NCBI RefSeq assembly: GCF_000341895.1 | Contig: NC_020409.1 | Location: 3,212,411 to 3,244,410 of the forward strand | DNA length: 32,000 nucleotides | Direction of reading: 5' to 3' | DNA from: Pseudodesulfovibrio piezophilus C1TLV30 | Lineage (GTDB): Bacteria; Desulfobacterota; Desulfovibrionia; Desulfovibrionales; Desulfovibrionaceae | Part shown: positions 8,061-16,740 of the stretch, piece after piece | How the letters are laid out: each line of letters begins with the position of its first letter | How positions within the stretch are numbered: the first letter of the stretch is position 1 | Position numbers and translations under genes: made by a program | The notes under the pieces: generated by a model | What the model was told of the DNA's origin: nothing | The model's input: the letters and a program-made list of their open reading frames with translations, nothing else | The model's database searches: none

Positions 8061-9290
8061 TTATTGTGCCACCGTTTCACGCGCTGCCACGGTCTCTGCG
8101 CCTGAGGGCAGTTTGATATCCTTGGATGCGATATCCACACTGGGAATGACGGACATACCGGGCACCAAGGTGTGACCACCGTGGAATTCACCTGCATCAA
8201 GGATAATTTTGACAGGAACGCGCTGAACTACCTTGATGTAGTTACCAGTTGCATTTTCCGGAGGCAGCAGAGTGAAGCGGGAACCGGTACCGCGCTGGAT
8301 GGAATCAACTCTGCCTTTGAAGGCCAGATCAGGGTAGGCATCAACTTCTATCTCGACAGGTTGCCCCGGCTTCATATCGGAAATCTGTGTTTCCTTGAAG
8401 TTGGCCACTACCCAGATAGAGGGGTTGACGATGGAGAAAAGCTTTTGACCTACTTGAACATATGCTCCGGGTTCGATGTTCTTTTTGGTTATATACCCGT
8501 CGCTTGGCGCGGTGATGTGCGTATAGGACAGGTTGAGGTTCGCTCGTTGCATTTCAGCCTCGGCCTCACGCAGTTCAGCCATGCGGATCGCGACTTGGGC
8601 GTATGCCTGTTTGAGTTCATCCTCAGCAGCTTTAACCGTTGCCCGAGCCTGTGTGATCTTTGCCGACTGGGTGTCAACCTGGCGATGGGCCGAGTTGAGT
8701 TTGGCTCGTGTCATGGCTTCCTGTGCTCTGGCGTGGTCGAATTCCTGACGGCTGACAGCACCGGCTTTAGCGATGGTCTGCATTCGTACAAGGTCTGTCT
8801 CATCTCTGTCATAGCCAGCCTTGACCTCGGCAATACTTGCCTGGATTTCTGCCAATTCTGCATGTTGGGTTGAGACCTCGGCACCTTTTTGGACAAGGAT
8901 ATTTCTGGCAGCCGAAGCCAAAGCATCCGCTTCCGTCAAGGCGGCCTTGGCTGATTCGACACGTGCAGATGCAATGTCGAGGGCGACTTCAAAATCTCGT
9001 GAATCGATCTGTGCGAGCAGATCTCCTTTGTGGACGACCTGATTGTCTGCGACGAAAACTTCGGAAACATGCCCTGCCACCCGGGGACTCATCGTGACAA
9101 CGCGCGCTTCCACAAAAGCATCATCTGTTGCTTCGTGGGTCATGGCGTGGCGATAGAATGGGTACCCGACGGCAAGAGCCGCAATGGTCAATAGCCCACC
9201 AATCAAAAGAATTTTTCGGGTATTCTTTTTTTCTTTTCCACTTTCCGAGTTGGAAAGGGGAGATGTCTCAATCATTTTCTCATTGCTCAT
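8061..9290 (-). CDS. emrA: HlyD/EmrA-family membrane fusion protein
   Basis: One N-terminal TM segment (ILLIGGLLTIAALAVGY), a long coiled-coil segment and a beta-barrel C-terminal part (NFKETQISDMKPGQPVEIEVDAYP, GNYIKVVQRVPVKI). Confidence 0.9.
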   Translation of the reverse strand: MSNEKMIETSPLSNSESGKEKKNTRKILLIGGLLTIAALAVGYPFYRHAMTHEATDDAFVEARVVTMSPRVAGHVSEVFVADNQVVHKGDLLAQIDSRDFEVALDIASARVESAKAALTEADALASAARNILVQKGAEVSTQHAELAEIQASIAEVKAGYDRDETDLVRMQTIAKAGAVSRQEFDHARAQEAMTRAKLNSAHRQVDTQSAKITQARATVKAAEDELKQAYAQVAIRMAELREAEAEMQRANLNLSYTHITAPSDGYITKKNIEPGAYVQVGQKLFSIVNPSIWVVANFKETQISDMKPGQPVEIEVDAYPDLAFKGRVDSIQRGTGSRFTLLPPENATGNYIKVVQRVPVKIILDAGEFHGGHTLVPGMSVIPSVDIASKDIKLPSGAETVAARETVAQ

Positions 9291-9357
9291 CGTATCACCT
9301 TGTAAGCAAAAAATTTTAAATAGCTGTAGATAGTTGACGCTTCTCTGCGAAAAAGCT

Positions 9358-9915
9358 TCAATTTGACTCTCTTAATCCGTTCAGCACAAAGTCCTGCGCA
9401 TGACGGCATAGTTCCTTGGCTTCAACCCCTTCAGGTCTGAACAGGCTGATGGAGCGGACAAGACCGGTAATATATTGAGCGGAAAGCCGCGGGTTCTTGT
9501 CCTTGAACATGCCATGCTCAACGCCTCTCAGGATGACCGTTTCAATGATTGTCCACATTTCGGTGCGGAGTTCTCTCCATTCTTCGGATTTGGGGCAGGC
9601 AATGACCGCTCCGAGGATTTCAAATTTGGATTTGCTGCCGATCATATGATGAAATAATTCGGAAATGATGGCTGCAATCTGCTCATCCGGTGGAATCTCC
9701 ATCTTGGCAATGGTTTCCCGAAGTTTGTCCACCAGAATAGTGAACTCGCGGAAGAGGACTGCAATGTACAGGTCATCCTTGCTTTTGAAATACAGGTACA
9801 ATGTACCTTTTCCCACTGATGCCAGTCTGGCTACATCGCTGAGCAGAACTTTATGGAAAGGCCTCGTTGCAAAAAGTTCGGATGCAGTATCCAGAATCCT
9901 ATTTTGTTTATCCAT
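9358..9915 (-). CDS. TetR/AcrR-family transcriptional repressor, first gene of the emrAB operon
   Basis: N-terminal HTH (ASELFATRPFHKVLLSDVARLASVGKGTLYLYFKSKDDLY) and the typical length of 185 aa. Confidence 0.9.
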   Translation of the reverse strand: MDKQNRILDTASELFATRPFHKVLLSDVARLASVGKGTLYLYFKSKDDLYIAVLFREFTILVDKLRETIAKMEIPPDEQIAAIISELFHHMIGSKSKFEILGAVIACPKSEEWRELRTEMWTIIETVILRGVEHGMFKDKNPRLSAQYITGLVRSISLFRPEGVEAKELCRHAQDFVLNGLRESN

Positions 9916-10007
9916 GGCTTAGCCTCGAAGATATATGAGTTTTTCGGAGAAACCCCGGTGTTGTAGGTTGGACGTGACAGGGGTAGAGAAACGGACATTC
10001 AGCTTAA

Positions 10008-10023
10008 AACTGACTGGTCAGTT
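10008..10023. promoter_or_regulatory. candidate TetR operator AACTGAC-TG-GTCAGTT
   Basis: Perfect 7-2-7 palindrome about 95 nt upstream of the tetR ATG. A related inverted repeat GAGTCAG-N11-CTGACTC lies at 10052-10076, and a further GTCAG copy nearby. Confidence 0.4.
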
Positions 10024-10123
10024 CTCGTTCGTCAGGATAAGTAGTACCGACGAGTCAGTGTGTCAATCGCTGACTCCGAGTACTCTACAGAAAATTGATT
10101 TTGAGGTGGTTGGTTTCGCTTGC

Positions 10124-10167
10124 CCGGCCATGGAATATCCGTGTTGGGCAGATTCTTCCATGGCCGG
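10124..10167. repeat. 12-bp perfect inverted repeat CCGGCCATGGAA-N20-TTCCATGGCCGG in a 475-bp non-coding gap
   Basis: Read directly from the sequence. No T-run on either side, so it is not a classical terminator. Confidence 0.7.
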
Positions 10168-10390
10168 AACAGGAGAGGCTGAGGTCTGGGCTATAACTCT
10201 ATTGTGTTGAATTTCCGTACGGTTTGACGGTGAACGTCATGTGCGTTTCCCATTCCTTCAGAGTGTCATGGTCGAGCGTGATGTTGCTGTTTATTTATGG
10301 TTTTTTGAAAAAACATCCTCAATCGAGGCAAAGAAAGACAATTTTGTCAGAGTCTTTCCCCTTTGTGCCGGTCTGAAAGTGGGTATCCTG

Positions 10391-11101
10391 CTAGATGCCC
10401 AGATACGCTTCCTTGATGTACGGATCGCCCAGGAGTTCCCTGGCTGTTCCCTGCATGGCTATGCGACCATGCTCCAGCACATAGCCCCGTTCCGACAGAT
10501 TCAGGGAGTGGTTGACATCCTGCTCCACGAGCAGAACCGTCAGCCCTTTATCTGCAATATCACGGATCGTTTGGAATATTTCGTTAATAAGAACCGGTGC
10601 AAGTCCGAGGGACGGTTCGTCCAGCATCAGAAGTTTTGGCTTGGCCATCAGTCCACGGCCGATGGCAACCATCTGCTGTTCACCGCCTGACAGGGTCATG
10701 GCTAGTTGAGATTCACGTTCCTTGAGGCGTGGGAACATCTCATAGACTTCCTTCAAAGTCTGACGCCGGACAGCAAAGGCAGCCTGATTATGTGCGCCTG
10801 CCATAAGGTTGTCCCGGACACTCATGAGGGAGAAGAGACGTCGGCCTTCCGGCACCTGAATCAGTCCTGTCTCCACAACATTGTCAGGCGACAGCATGTG
10901 GGTGGCAGCCCCCATGAAACCGATGGACCCGGATTCCGGCTGCATGAGACCGGAAATGGTTTTGAGCAGGGTTGATTTTCCGGCACCGTTTCCGCCGATG
11001 ATGGAGACTACTTCGCCTTCTTCAATTGAAATGGAGAGATCAAACAGCACTTGAACATCGCCGTAGGAGACATTGATATCGTTTACATCAAGCAGAGGCA
11101 T
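10391..11101 (-). CDS. livF: LIV-type ABC transporter ATP-binding protein (LivF-like)
   Basis: Walker A GGNGAGKST, signature LSGGEQQ, Walker B LLMLDEPS. The start is taken at ATG 11101 (MPLLDVNDINVSYG), overlapping the livG stop by 14 nt. Confidence 0.9.
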   Translation of the reverse strand: MPLLDVNDINVSYGDVQVLFDLSISIEEGEVVSIIGGNGAGKSTLLKTISGLMQPESGSIGFMGAATHMLSPDNVVETGLIQVPEGRRLFSLMSVRDNLMAGAHNQAAFAVRRQTLKEVYEMFPRLKERESQLAMTLSGGEQQMVAIGRGLMAKPKLLMLDEPSLGLAPVLINEIFQTIRDIADKGLTVLLVEQDVNHSLNLSERGYVLEHGRIAMQGTARELLGDPYIKEAYLGI

Positions 11102-11813
11102 AATCTTCTCCCAGATAGGCCTTGATAACATTTTTATCACGAGCGACCATTTCAGGTTCACCCTGACAGATCTTTTTCCCGAACTGGATAACCACGATTT
11201 CATCGGACAGAGCCATGATGGCGCGCATGATATGCTCGATGACAAAAATGGTCATGCCTTTGCTCTTCAGCTTCTGAATGATCTGGATAACTTCATCCAC
11301 CTCTGTTGGGCGTAGTCCGGCCATGACTTCATCAAGCAGCAGCAGTTTGGGGTTGGTGGCCAGCGCCTTGGCTATTTCAAGGCATTTGCGATCAGCAATG
11401 GTCAAGGCTCCGGGCTTGAGGTCTTTCTTGTCACCCATGCCCAGCATGTCCAGTACATCGGCAGCTCTTGTTTCTGCCTTGTCTCTGTTATCCGTGGTGG
11501 CAAAAGCTCCGACCATGACATTCTCAAGGACGGTTTGTGAAGCAAACGGCTTGACGATCTGAAAGGTTCGTCCCATGCCTTTTTTGCACAAGTCCCACGG
11601 GTTTTGGCCAGTGACGTCTTCGCCATCGAAGATGATCTGGCCTTGAGTGGGGGCGTAGACTCCCGCCACGCAGTTGAATGCTGTGGATTTGCCCGCACCG
11701 TTCGGGCCTATGAGACCGAGGATCTGACCTTTATCAATGGATAGGCTGAGGTCGTTTACCGCAACCAGCCCTCCGAACTGTTTGGTCAATCCTTTGATTT
11801 CGAGAAGACTCAT
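11088..11813 (-). CDS. livG: LIV-type ABC transporter ATP-binding protein (LivG-like)
   Basis: Walker A GPNGAGKST, Walker B LLLLDEVMAG, C-terminal LivG-type extension. Overlaps livM by 4 nt. Confidence 0.9.
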   Translation of the reverse strand: MSLLEIKGLTKQFGGLVAVNDLSLSIDKGQILGLIGPNGAGKSTAFNCVAGVYAPTQGQIIFDGEDVTGQNPWDLCKKGMGRTFQIVKPFASQTVLENVMVGAFATTDNRDKAETRAADVLDMLGMGDKKDLKPGALTIADRKCLEIAKALATNPKLLLLDEVMAGLRPTEVDEVIQIIQKLKSKGMTIFVIEHIMRAIMALSDEIVVIQFGKKICQGEPEMVARDKNVIKAYLGEDYASA

Positions 11814-12829
11814 ACCTTGTCCTCCTGGGCGTCGTCCGTGAATCTGGCCGTGACGCGATCAAAGAGTTTCAGCAACGGTTCAGTCAGTCCACGCGGTTGA
11901 TACAGCATGACGACAATCAGAACGACGCCAAGGATGATCAGGTGCAGACCGGGGAGCGATGCAGAGAAGTATATGCGGCTGAATTCGCTGACCGGCCGCA
12001 GCAGCAGAGCACCGATGACCGGGCCTGCCAGAGAACCGCGGCCACCGATAAGGGCGATGAAGGCGAGTTCGAATGACAGATCGAGGGTCATGACGCTTTT
12101 GGGGTAGATAAACAGGGTCAACTGGGCGAGGAACGTTCCGGCCAAGGCCGTGAGAAAGGCGGACAACGCCGTGGCCGCCACTTTACAGGATGCGACATTC
12201 ACCCCCAGAGCCTGGGCCGCTTCCGGTTCTTCTCCGCCTGCCTTGAGGTAGTATCCGAATTTGGAACGTGAGATGTAATAGGTCAATCCCAGCACCACTA
12301 TCAGCATGATGAGGGCTATGTAATAATACGGTTCCTTGGATGAGAATTGGAATGCCCAGAATCCGGCTTCCTCTGTGGGCAGTGGGGGGATGTTCAATCC
12401 TCTGGGACCATTGAGCTTGAAGGGGCCGATTGTGTCGATATTCTCGACAATAACCCGCATACCCTCAAGGAAGGCCATGGTGGACAGGGCAAAGTATGCC
12501 CCGCGCATTTTCAGGGTTGGTTTGCCGATGAGGTAACCGACAATGGCGGCCAGAACCCCACCGATCAGCATGCCGAGCCAGGGGCTGATTCCGTATTGGA
12601 GCCAGAGGACTGTCGAAGTGTATGCTCCTATACCCACGAAGACTGCATGGCCGAGGGGCAGGACGCCTGCAAAGCCTCCTACCAGGTTCCAGGTCGTGGT
12701 CATGTAGGCATAGAGAAAGAGCATAATCAGGATATGCAGATATGTCGGGCTTTGGAGTACCTGTGGCAGCGCGAATGCTGCCAGCCCCAGCCCCATGAGG
12801 CAATTTCGTTTCAATTGGTGTTGTGTCAT
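11810..12829 (-). CDS. livM: LIV-type ABC transporter permease (LivM-like)
   Basis: 339 aa, polytopic, with the conserved segments typical of LivM-family permeases. Confidence 0.88.
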   Translation of the reverse strand: MTQHQLKRNCLMGLGLAAFALPQVLQSPTYLHILIMLFLYAYMTTTWNLVGGFAGVLPLGHAVFVGIGAYTSTVLWLQYGISPWLGMLIGGVLAAIVGYLIGKPTLKMRGAYFALSTMAFLEGMRVIVENIDTIGPFKLNGPRGLNIPPLPTEEAGFWAFQFSSKEPYYYIALIMLIVVLGLTYYISRSKFGYYLKAGGEEPEAAQALGVNVASCKVAATALSAFLTALAGTFLAQLTLFIYPKSVMTLDLSFELAFIALIGGRGSLAGPVIGALLLRPVSEFSRIYFSASLPGLHLIILGVVLIVVMLYQPRGLTEPLLKLFDRVTARFTDDAQEDKV

Positions 12830-12848
12830 GCTTTGCTCGAATGTTTGC

Positions 12849-13742
12849 TTACCAGTCGTTCTTTTGGCCGAAGAGTCCTGAGGGCTTGACGAAAAGCACG
12901 AGCAGGAACAGTCCGTAGACGATGGCTTCTGTCCAGGTGGAAGTCATGTAGATGGGGCCGATGGACTCGACCAGTCCGACTATGACGCCGCCGATGAGTG
13001 CTCCCCAGATAGACCCTAGACCGCCGAGAACGACGATGACGAATGATTTGACGTCAAAAGGAATACCTACTGTGGGATACACGTTGTAAAAGGGGGTCAT
13101 AACGGCCCCTGCAATCCCGGCAACGGCCGTGCCGATGCCGAATGCGACGTTGAAAATTTTCCACTGATTGATGCCCATCAAGCTGGCTGCATCGCGATCC
13201 AGGCTTGTGGCCCGGATAGCGCGCCCCATGCGGGTTTTCTGAAGAAACCAGGCGAGTCCGCCAGCCGTGGCGACTGCCGTGGCAGCACCATAGAGTTTTG
13301 GTACGGAGATGAATATTTCGCCAAAGCTGAGCATCTGTCCCTTGAGAGGGTTGGGTGCCAGCGCCCTGTAATCGGGGCCGAAAAGCAGCAGGGCGAGGTT
13401 GTCCAAAACATACCACATGCCTGTAGTGACCACGATGACGGTTATCGGTTCGCGAACATCACGTTCTGCAATGAAGATGGGGCGGATGAGCAGGTTCTGC
13501 ATCAGGTACCCGAACATGAACATGATTGGAACAATGATGACCATTGCCAGATAGGGATGCAGTCCGGTCAGAGAAACGACCCAGTACGAGACGAACATGC
13601 CGACCATGATGAAGGAGCCGTGCGCAAAGTTGATGACTTTGAGGACGCCGAAGATGAGGGTCAGACCCAAAGCGACCAAGCCGTATATAAGACCCATGAG
13701 TACACCATTGATGCAATCCTGGGCGAAGAAAACCAAGTCCAT
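12849..13742 (-). CDS. livH: LIV-type ABC transporter permease (LivH-like)
   Basis: 297 aa. N-terminus INGVLMGLIYGLVALGLTLIFGVLKVINFAHG is the classical LivH opening. Confidence 0.9.
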   Translation of the reverse strand: MDLVFFAQDCINGVLMGLIYGLVALGLTLIFGVLKVINFAHGSFIMVGMFVSYWVVSLTGLHPYLAMVIIVPIMFMFGYLMQNLLIRPIFIAERDVREPITVIVVTTGMWYVLDNLALLLFGPDYRALAPNPLKGQMLSFGEIFISVPKLYGAATAVATAGGLAWFLQKTRMGRAIRATSLDRDAASLMGINQWKIFNVAFGIGTAVAGIAGAVMTPFYNVYPTVGIPFDVKSFVIVVLGGLGSIWGALIGGVIVGLVESIGPIYMTSTWTEAIVYGLFLLVLFVKPSGLFGQKNDW

Positions 13743-13806
13743 GAAAGACTCCCGCTGGTTGACGGATCAGGGCTTCGTCCGAAGCCCTGATCCGTATGGA
13801 TTGACT

Positions 13807-15036
13807 TTATTTTGTGGGCATGGGGAAGACAGGGGAGTAACCGGCACGGCGTGCAGCCTTGGGCCACACGGTGATCCGCTCAAGCCCTTTTCCGATGTCA
13901 TTGATCTGGACAACGGCCAGCGCGGCGTTTTCATTCTGACCGGTTTCATCGAATTTCACGGAATCATAGGTCACGATCATACCACGGCCTGTTTTGTAGT
14001 CGGTTTCCGCCAGAGCTTTGCGAATTGCATCAGGCTCCAGGGATCCGGCCCGTTCCAGGGCATCGGCCAGCATGTACATGGAGATATAGGCATCCACGGC
14101 TTCACCTGTCAGGTTGTTGCCGTAGCGTTCCTTGTATTTGGCATTAACTTCCTTTGCCCCAGCTTTGTTGACGTCGGCTTCCCATTCGACAATATCGAAG
14201 ATGTATTTGGCATTGTCGCCGCAGCCAGACATGAAGGTCGGGTCGGCATGCCCTCCTCCGGAACCGATGATCACCTTGGGGCTGACTTTGTAGTCCGCCA
14301 GGGTGTTGGTCAGGAGGATGGCGTCTGCAGCGTTGGAGACCAGCATCAGAACATCGGGATGGGCGCGACGGATCTTGTTGACGACCGGAGTCAGGTCTGT
14401 GGCGGAAGAAGGATACGGTTCATCCAGGACCACTTTGTAGCCGGAGGCTTCGGCAAGCTTTCTCCACTGGGAAGCAAAACCGGTCCCCCAGTCGCCGTTT
14501 TCGTAAACAAAGGCCACGGTGGACAGCTTCTCGCCAAATTCCTTTTCCATGTCCTTGAGGAAAGCGAACTGATCGCGGGTCCACCAGGAATCCTTGGCAG
14601 CAATCCTGAAGACGTTCTTGAATCCTCGCTCCGTGATGGTATCGCGGACGGATACGGGCACGATGTAGGGGATGCCATATCGTTCGGCAACAGCTGTGGA
14701 CGGGTAGGTGACGCCGGAGTTCCATGCGCCAGTGAGGACATGGACATTTTCCGTGTTGATGAAGCGCTCGGCCTCTGTCACGCCGACATTGGGGTCGGAC
14801 TTGGAATCAGCATAAAGCAATTCGATTTTGGCTCCGCCCAGGGATTTGATACCCCCGGCAGCGTTGATTTCCTCAACAGCCATTTCCCGAGCTTGTTTTC
14901 CCTGCTGGCCGACCGACGCGGAGGGACCGGACAAGGGAAGGATGTTTCCAACTTTGACAGTGGTTTGGGCAAAAGCCAGTGACGGCAGGACCAGGCTCAT
15001 TGCAAGCCCCAGTACCAGCAAGTAAATCCGTTTCAT
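13807..15036 (-). CDS. periplasmic type-1 (LivJ/LivK-like) substrate-binding protein; ligand unknown
   Basis: Signal peptide MKRIYLLVLGLAMSLVLPSLAFA, then VKVGNILPLSGPSASVGQQ, typical of the Leu/Ile/Val-BP family. SD AGGAGAGAGA. Confidence 0.88.
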   Translation of the reverse strand: MKRIYLLVLGLAMSLVLPSLAFAQTTVKVGNILPLSGPSASVGQQGKQAREMAVEEINAAGGIKSLGGAKIELLYADSKSDPNVGVTEAERFINTENVHVLTGAWNSGVTYPSTAVAERYGIPYIVPVSVRDTITERGFKNVFRIAAKDSWWTRDQFAFLKDMEKEFGEKLSTVAFVYENGDWGTGFASQWRKLAEASGYKVVLDEPYPSSATDLTPVVNKIRRAHPDVLMLVSNAADAILLTNTLADYKVSPKVIIGSGGGHADPTFMSGCGDNAKYIFDIVEWEADVNKAGAKEVNAKYKERYGNNLTGEAVDAYISMYMLADALERAGSLEPDAIRKALAETDYKTGRGMIVTYDSVKFDETGQNENAALAVVQINDIGKGLERITVWPKAARRAGYSPVFPMPTK

Positions 15037-15065
15037 TCTCTCTCTCCTGATAGCTAAACGTTTAC

Positions 15066-16370
15066 TTATTTAGAAATTGCTACGAATCCCTCTTCCATGA
15101 TGGAGAGGGCTTTTTCCACTTGTTCCTCGGTGATGACCAAGGGCATCAGGGTGCGGATGACGTTCCCGTAGTTGCCGCATGAAAGGAGAATCAAGCCTCT
15201 CTCCAGGCAGTATGCGACCAGTTCACGGGTCTTGTCCGCAGCGGGTTCTTTGGTTTCTCTTGAGTGGACCAGCTCCAGTGCGAGCATGGGACCCTTGCCA
15301 CGCACATCGCCGATGATGGGGAACTTGTCCATCAGTCCTTCGAATTTGGTGCGGAGGGTTTCTCCCAGTTTTTCAGCAACGGCCAGGAGGTTGTCTTCCT
15401 CAATGGTTTCAATGGCAGCCAGCGAGGCTGCTGCGCACACAGGGTTGCCACCGTACGTGCCTCCCAGCCCCCCAACCTGCGGAGCATCCATCAGCTCAGC
15501 TTTGCCGACCACGGCGGATATTGGCATGCCACCGCCCATTGATTTGGCCACGGTGGTCAGGTCAGGAACAACACCCCAATGTTCCATGGCGAGCATCCGT
15601 CCGGTGCGACCAAAGCCACTTTGGATTTCATCAGCGATGAATACGATGTCGTTTTCTTCGCAGATAGCTTTGAGTTTGGCGTAGTATTCCTTGGGAGGAG
15701 TAATGAATCCGCCTTCGCCAGAGACCGGTTCGACAATCAGGCAGGCAATATTTTCGGGGGCAGATTGGCCGATAAACATTTTGCTCAGGGCGTCTGCACA
15801 TCCCACATCGCAGGAAGGGTATTCCCGACCGATGGGGCAGCGATAACAGTAGGCGTGGGGAATCCGGTATATCTCGGGGGCAAAGGGACCAAATCCGAAC
15901 TTGTATGGCTTGACCTTACTGGTCAGGGACATGGTGAGCAGTGTGCGGCCGTGAAATGAGTTTTCGAAGACCACAACACCCTGCTTGCCCGTGGCTTTTC
16001 GCGATATCTTGATCGCATTTTCCACTGCTTCGGCCCCACTATTGAAAAGGGCTGCCCGCTTCTCGAAATTACCTGGCGCTATCTTGATAAGCTTCTCGGC
16101 AAGGGAAATATACCCTTCATACATGACGATATGAAAGCAGGAGTGGAGCAGTTTGTCCGCCTGCTCCTTGATCGCGGCAACGACTCGGGGGCTGTTGTGT
16201 CCGATGTTGACAACACCAATTCCTCCGGCGAAATCGATATATTCACGCCCTTCGATATCCGTAATTACCGCCCCTTCGGCCTTGGCTGCGATAATCTTTG
16301 TGGCGTTGAATACTCCTGGAGGGACTGCCTTTGCACGTCTTGACAAAACGTCTTGCGATGATTGTGTCAT
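15066..16370 (-). CDS. gabT: class-III PLP aminotransferase, 4-aminobutyrate aminotransferase-like
   Basis: DEIQSGFGRTGRMLAMEHWGVVPDLTTVAKSMGGGMPISAV closely mirrors the E. coli GabT active-site segment, including the PLP lysine. 434 aa. Confidence 0.8.
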   Translation of the reverse strand: MTQSSQDVLSRRAKAVPPGVFNATKIIAAKAEGAVITDIEGREYIDFAGGIGVVNIGHNSPRVVAAIKEQADKLLHSCFHIVMYEGYISLAEKLIKIAPGNFEKRAALFNSGAEAVENAIKISRKATGKQGVVVFENSFHGRTLLTMSLTSKVKPYKFGFGPFAPEIYRIPHAYCYRCPIGREYPSCDVGCADALSKMFIGQSAPENIACLIVEPVSGEGGFITPPKEYYAKLKAICEENDIVFIADEIQSGFGRTGRMLAMEHWGVVPDLTTVAKSMGGGMPISAVVGKAELMDAPQVGGLGGTYGGNPVCAAASLAAIETIEEDNLLAVAEKLGETLRTKFEGLMDKFPIIGDVRGKGPMLALELVHSRETKEPAADKTRELVAYCLERGLILLSCGNYGNVIRTLMPLVITEEQVEKALSIMEEGFVAISK

Positions 16371-16436
16371 GTGAATTCCTTTCTCGAATATTGAAATTAA
16401 CGATGGTTTTGTTCTGTCACCAATATGTTTCAGAGA

Positions 16437-16451
16437 GCAAAGGGTGTGCCT
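16437..16451 (-). promoter_or_regulatory. sigma-54 (-24/-12) promoter of the gabT-liv operon
   Basis: The minus strand reads AGGCAC-ACCCT-TTGCT, with correct GG-N10-GC spacing, about 67 nt upstream of the gabT ATG. A sigma-54 activator gene lies immediately upstream. Confidence 0.75.
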
Positions 16452-16513
16452 TGGAATATTTATTGTTATATTATGGTGATTTATAAGAGAATGTCTTTGG
16501 GTTTCCTTTTAAC

Positions 16514-16533
16514 GCGATTCGTTAGTGAATCGG
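16514..16533. promoter_or_regulatory. degenerate enhancer site (GCGATTCGTTAGTGAATCGG), core GATTC-N6-GAATC
   Basis: Shares the GATTC-N6-GAATC core and 13 of 20 positions with the site at 16558-16577. Its centre is about 74 bp upstream of the -24 GG and 44 bp from the next site. Confidence 0.5.
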
Positions 16534-16557
16534 AAATGGGGAATTTTTGCTTAAAAG

Positions 16558-16577
16558 GTGATTCATGTATGAATCAC
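16558..16577. promoter_or_regulatory. enhancer (UAS) palindrome GTGATTCAT-GT-ATGAATCAC
   Basis: Perfect 9-2-9 palindrome about 118 bp upstream of the -24 element. Confidence 0.7.
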
Positions 16578-16712
16578 TGGCGTCGTTTAAGACAAGAATG
16601 GTTGATTTGTTGAGAGAGTGTCCAGATTCAAATACGGAATATTTATACTTTATATATAATAATTTCAGCTAGTTGATCAGTTTTTATAAAATATTGACTG
16701 GGGTTTTTTAGG

Positions 16713-16732
16713 GTGATTCATAAATGAATCAA
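16713..16732. promoter_or_regulatory. second copy of the enhancer palindrome GTGATTCAT-AA-ATGAATCAA
   Basis: Identical half-sites apart from the last base. It lies 155 bp from the first copy and 9 nt from the stop codon of the activator gene. Confidence 0.65.
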
Positions 16733-16740
16733 AATGCAGG

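Noticed and set aside
10333-10358. 7-bp stem GAAAGAC-N12-GTCTTTC after livF, as the operon terminator.
   Set aside because: The stem is short and AT-rich, the loop is large and the U-tract is only a short UUUG. It is too weak to call, and the true 3' end of the liv operon remains undefined.
13597-14982. 461-aa ORF on the + strand, antisense to livH and the binding-protein gene. Similar long antisense ORFs occur at 29656-30987 (-), 17689-18504 (+), 5217-5909 (+) and 8172-8873 (+).
   Set aside because: Each lies entirely opposite a gene with clear family motifs. The translations are Gly/Arg/His/Asp-rich nonsense with no motifs or RBS. Stop-poor antisense frames of this kind are typical of biased coding sequence.
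16621-16700. AT-rich block between enhancer sites, as an IHF site.
   Set aside because: I could not find a match to WATCAANNNNTTR on either strand. Only general AT-richness supports bending.
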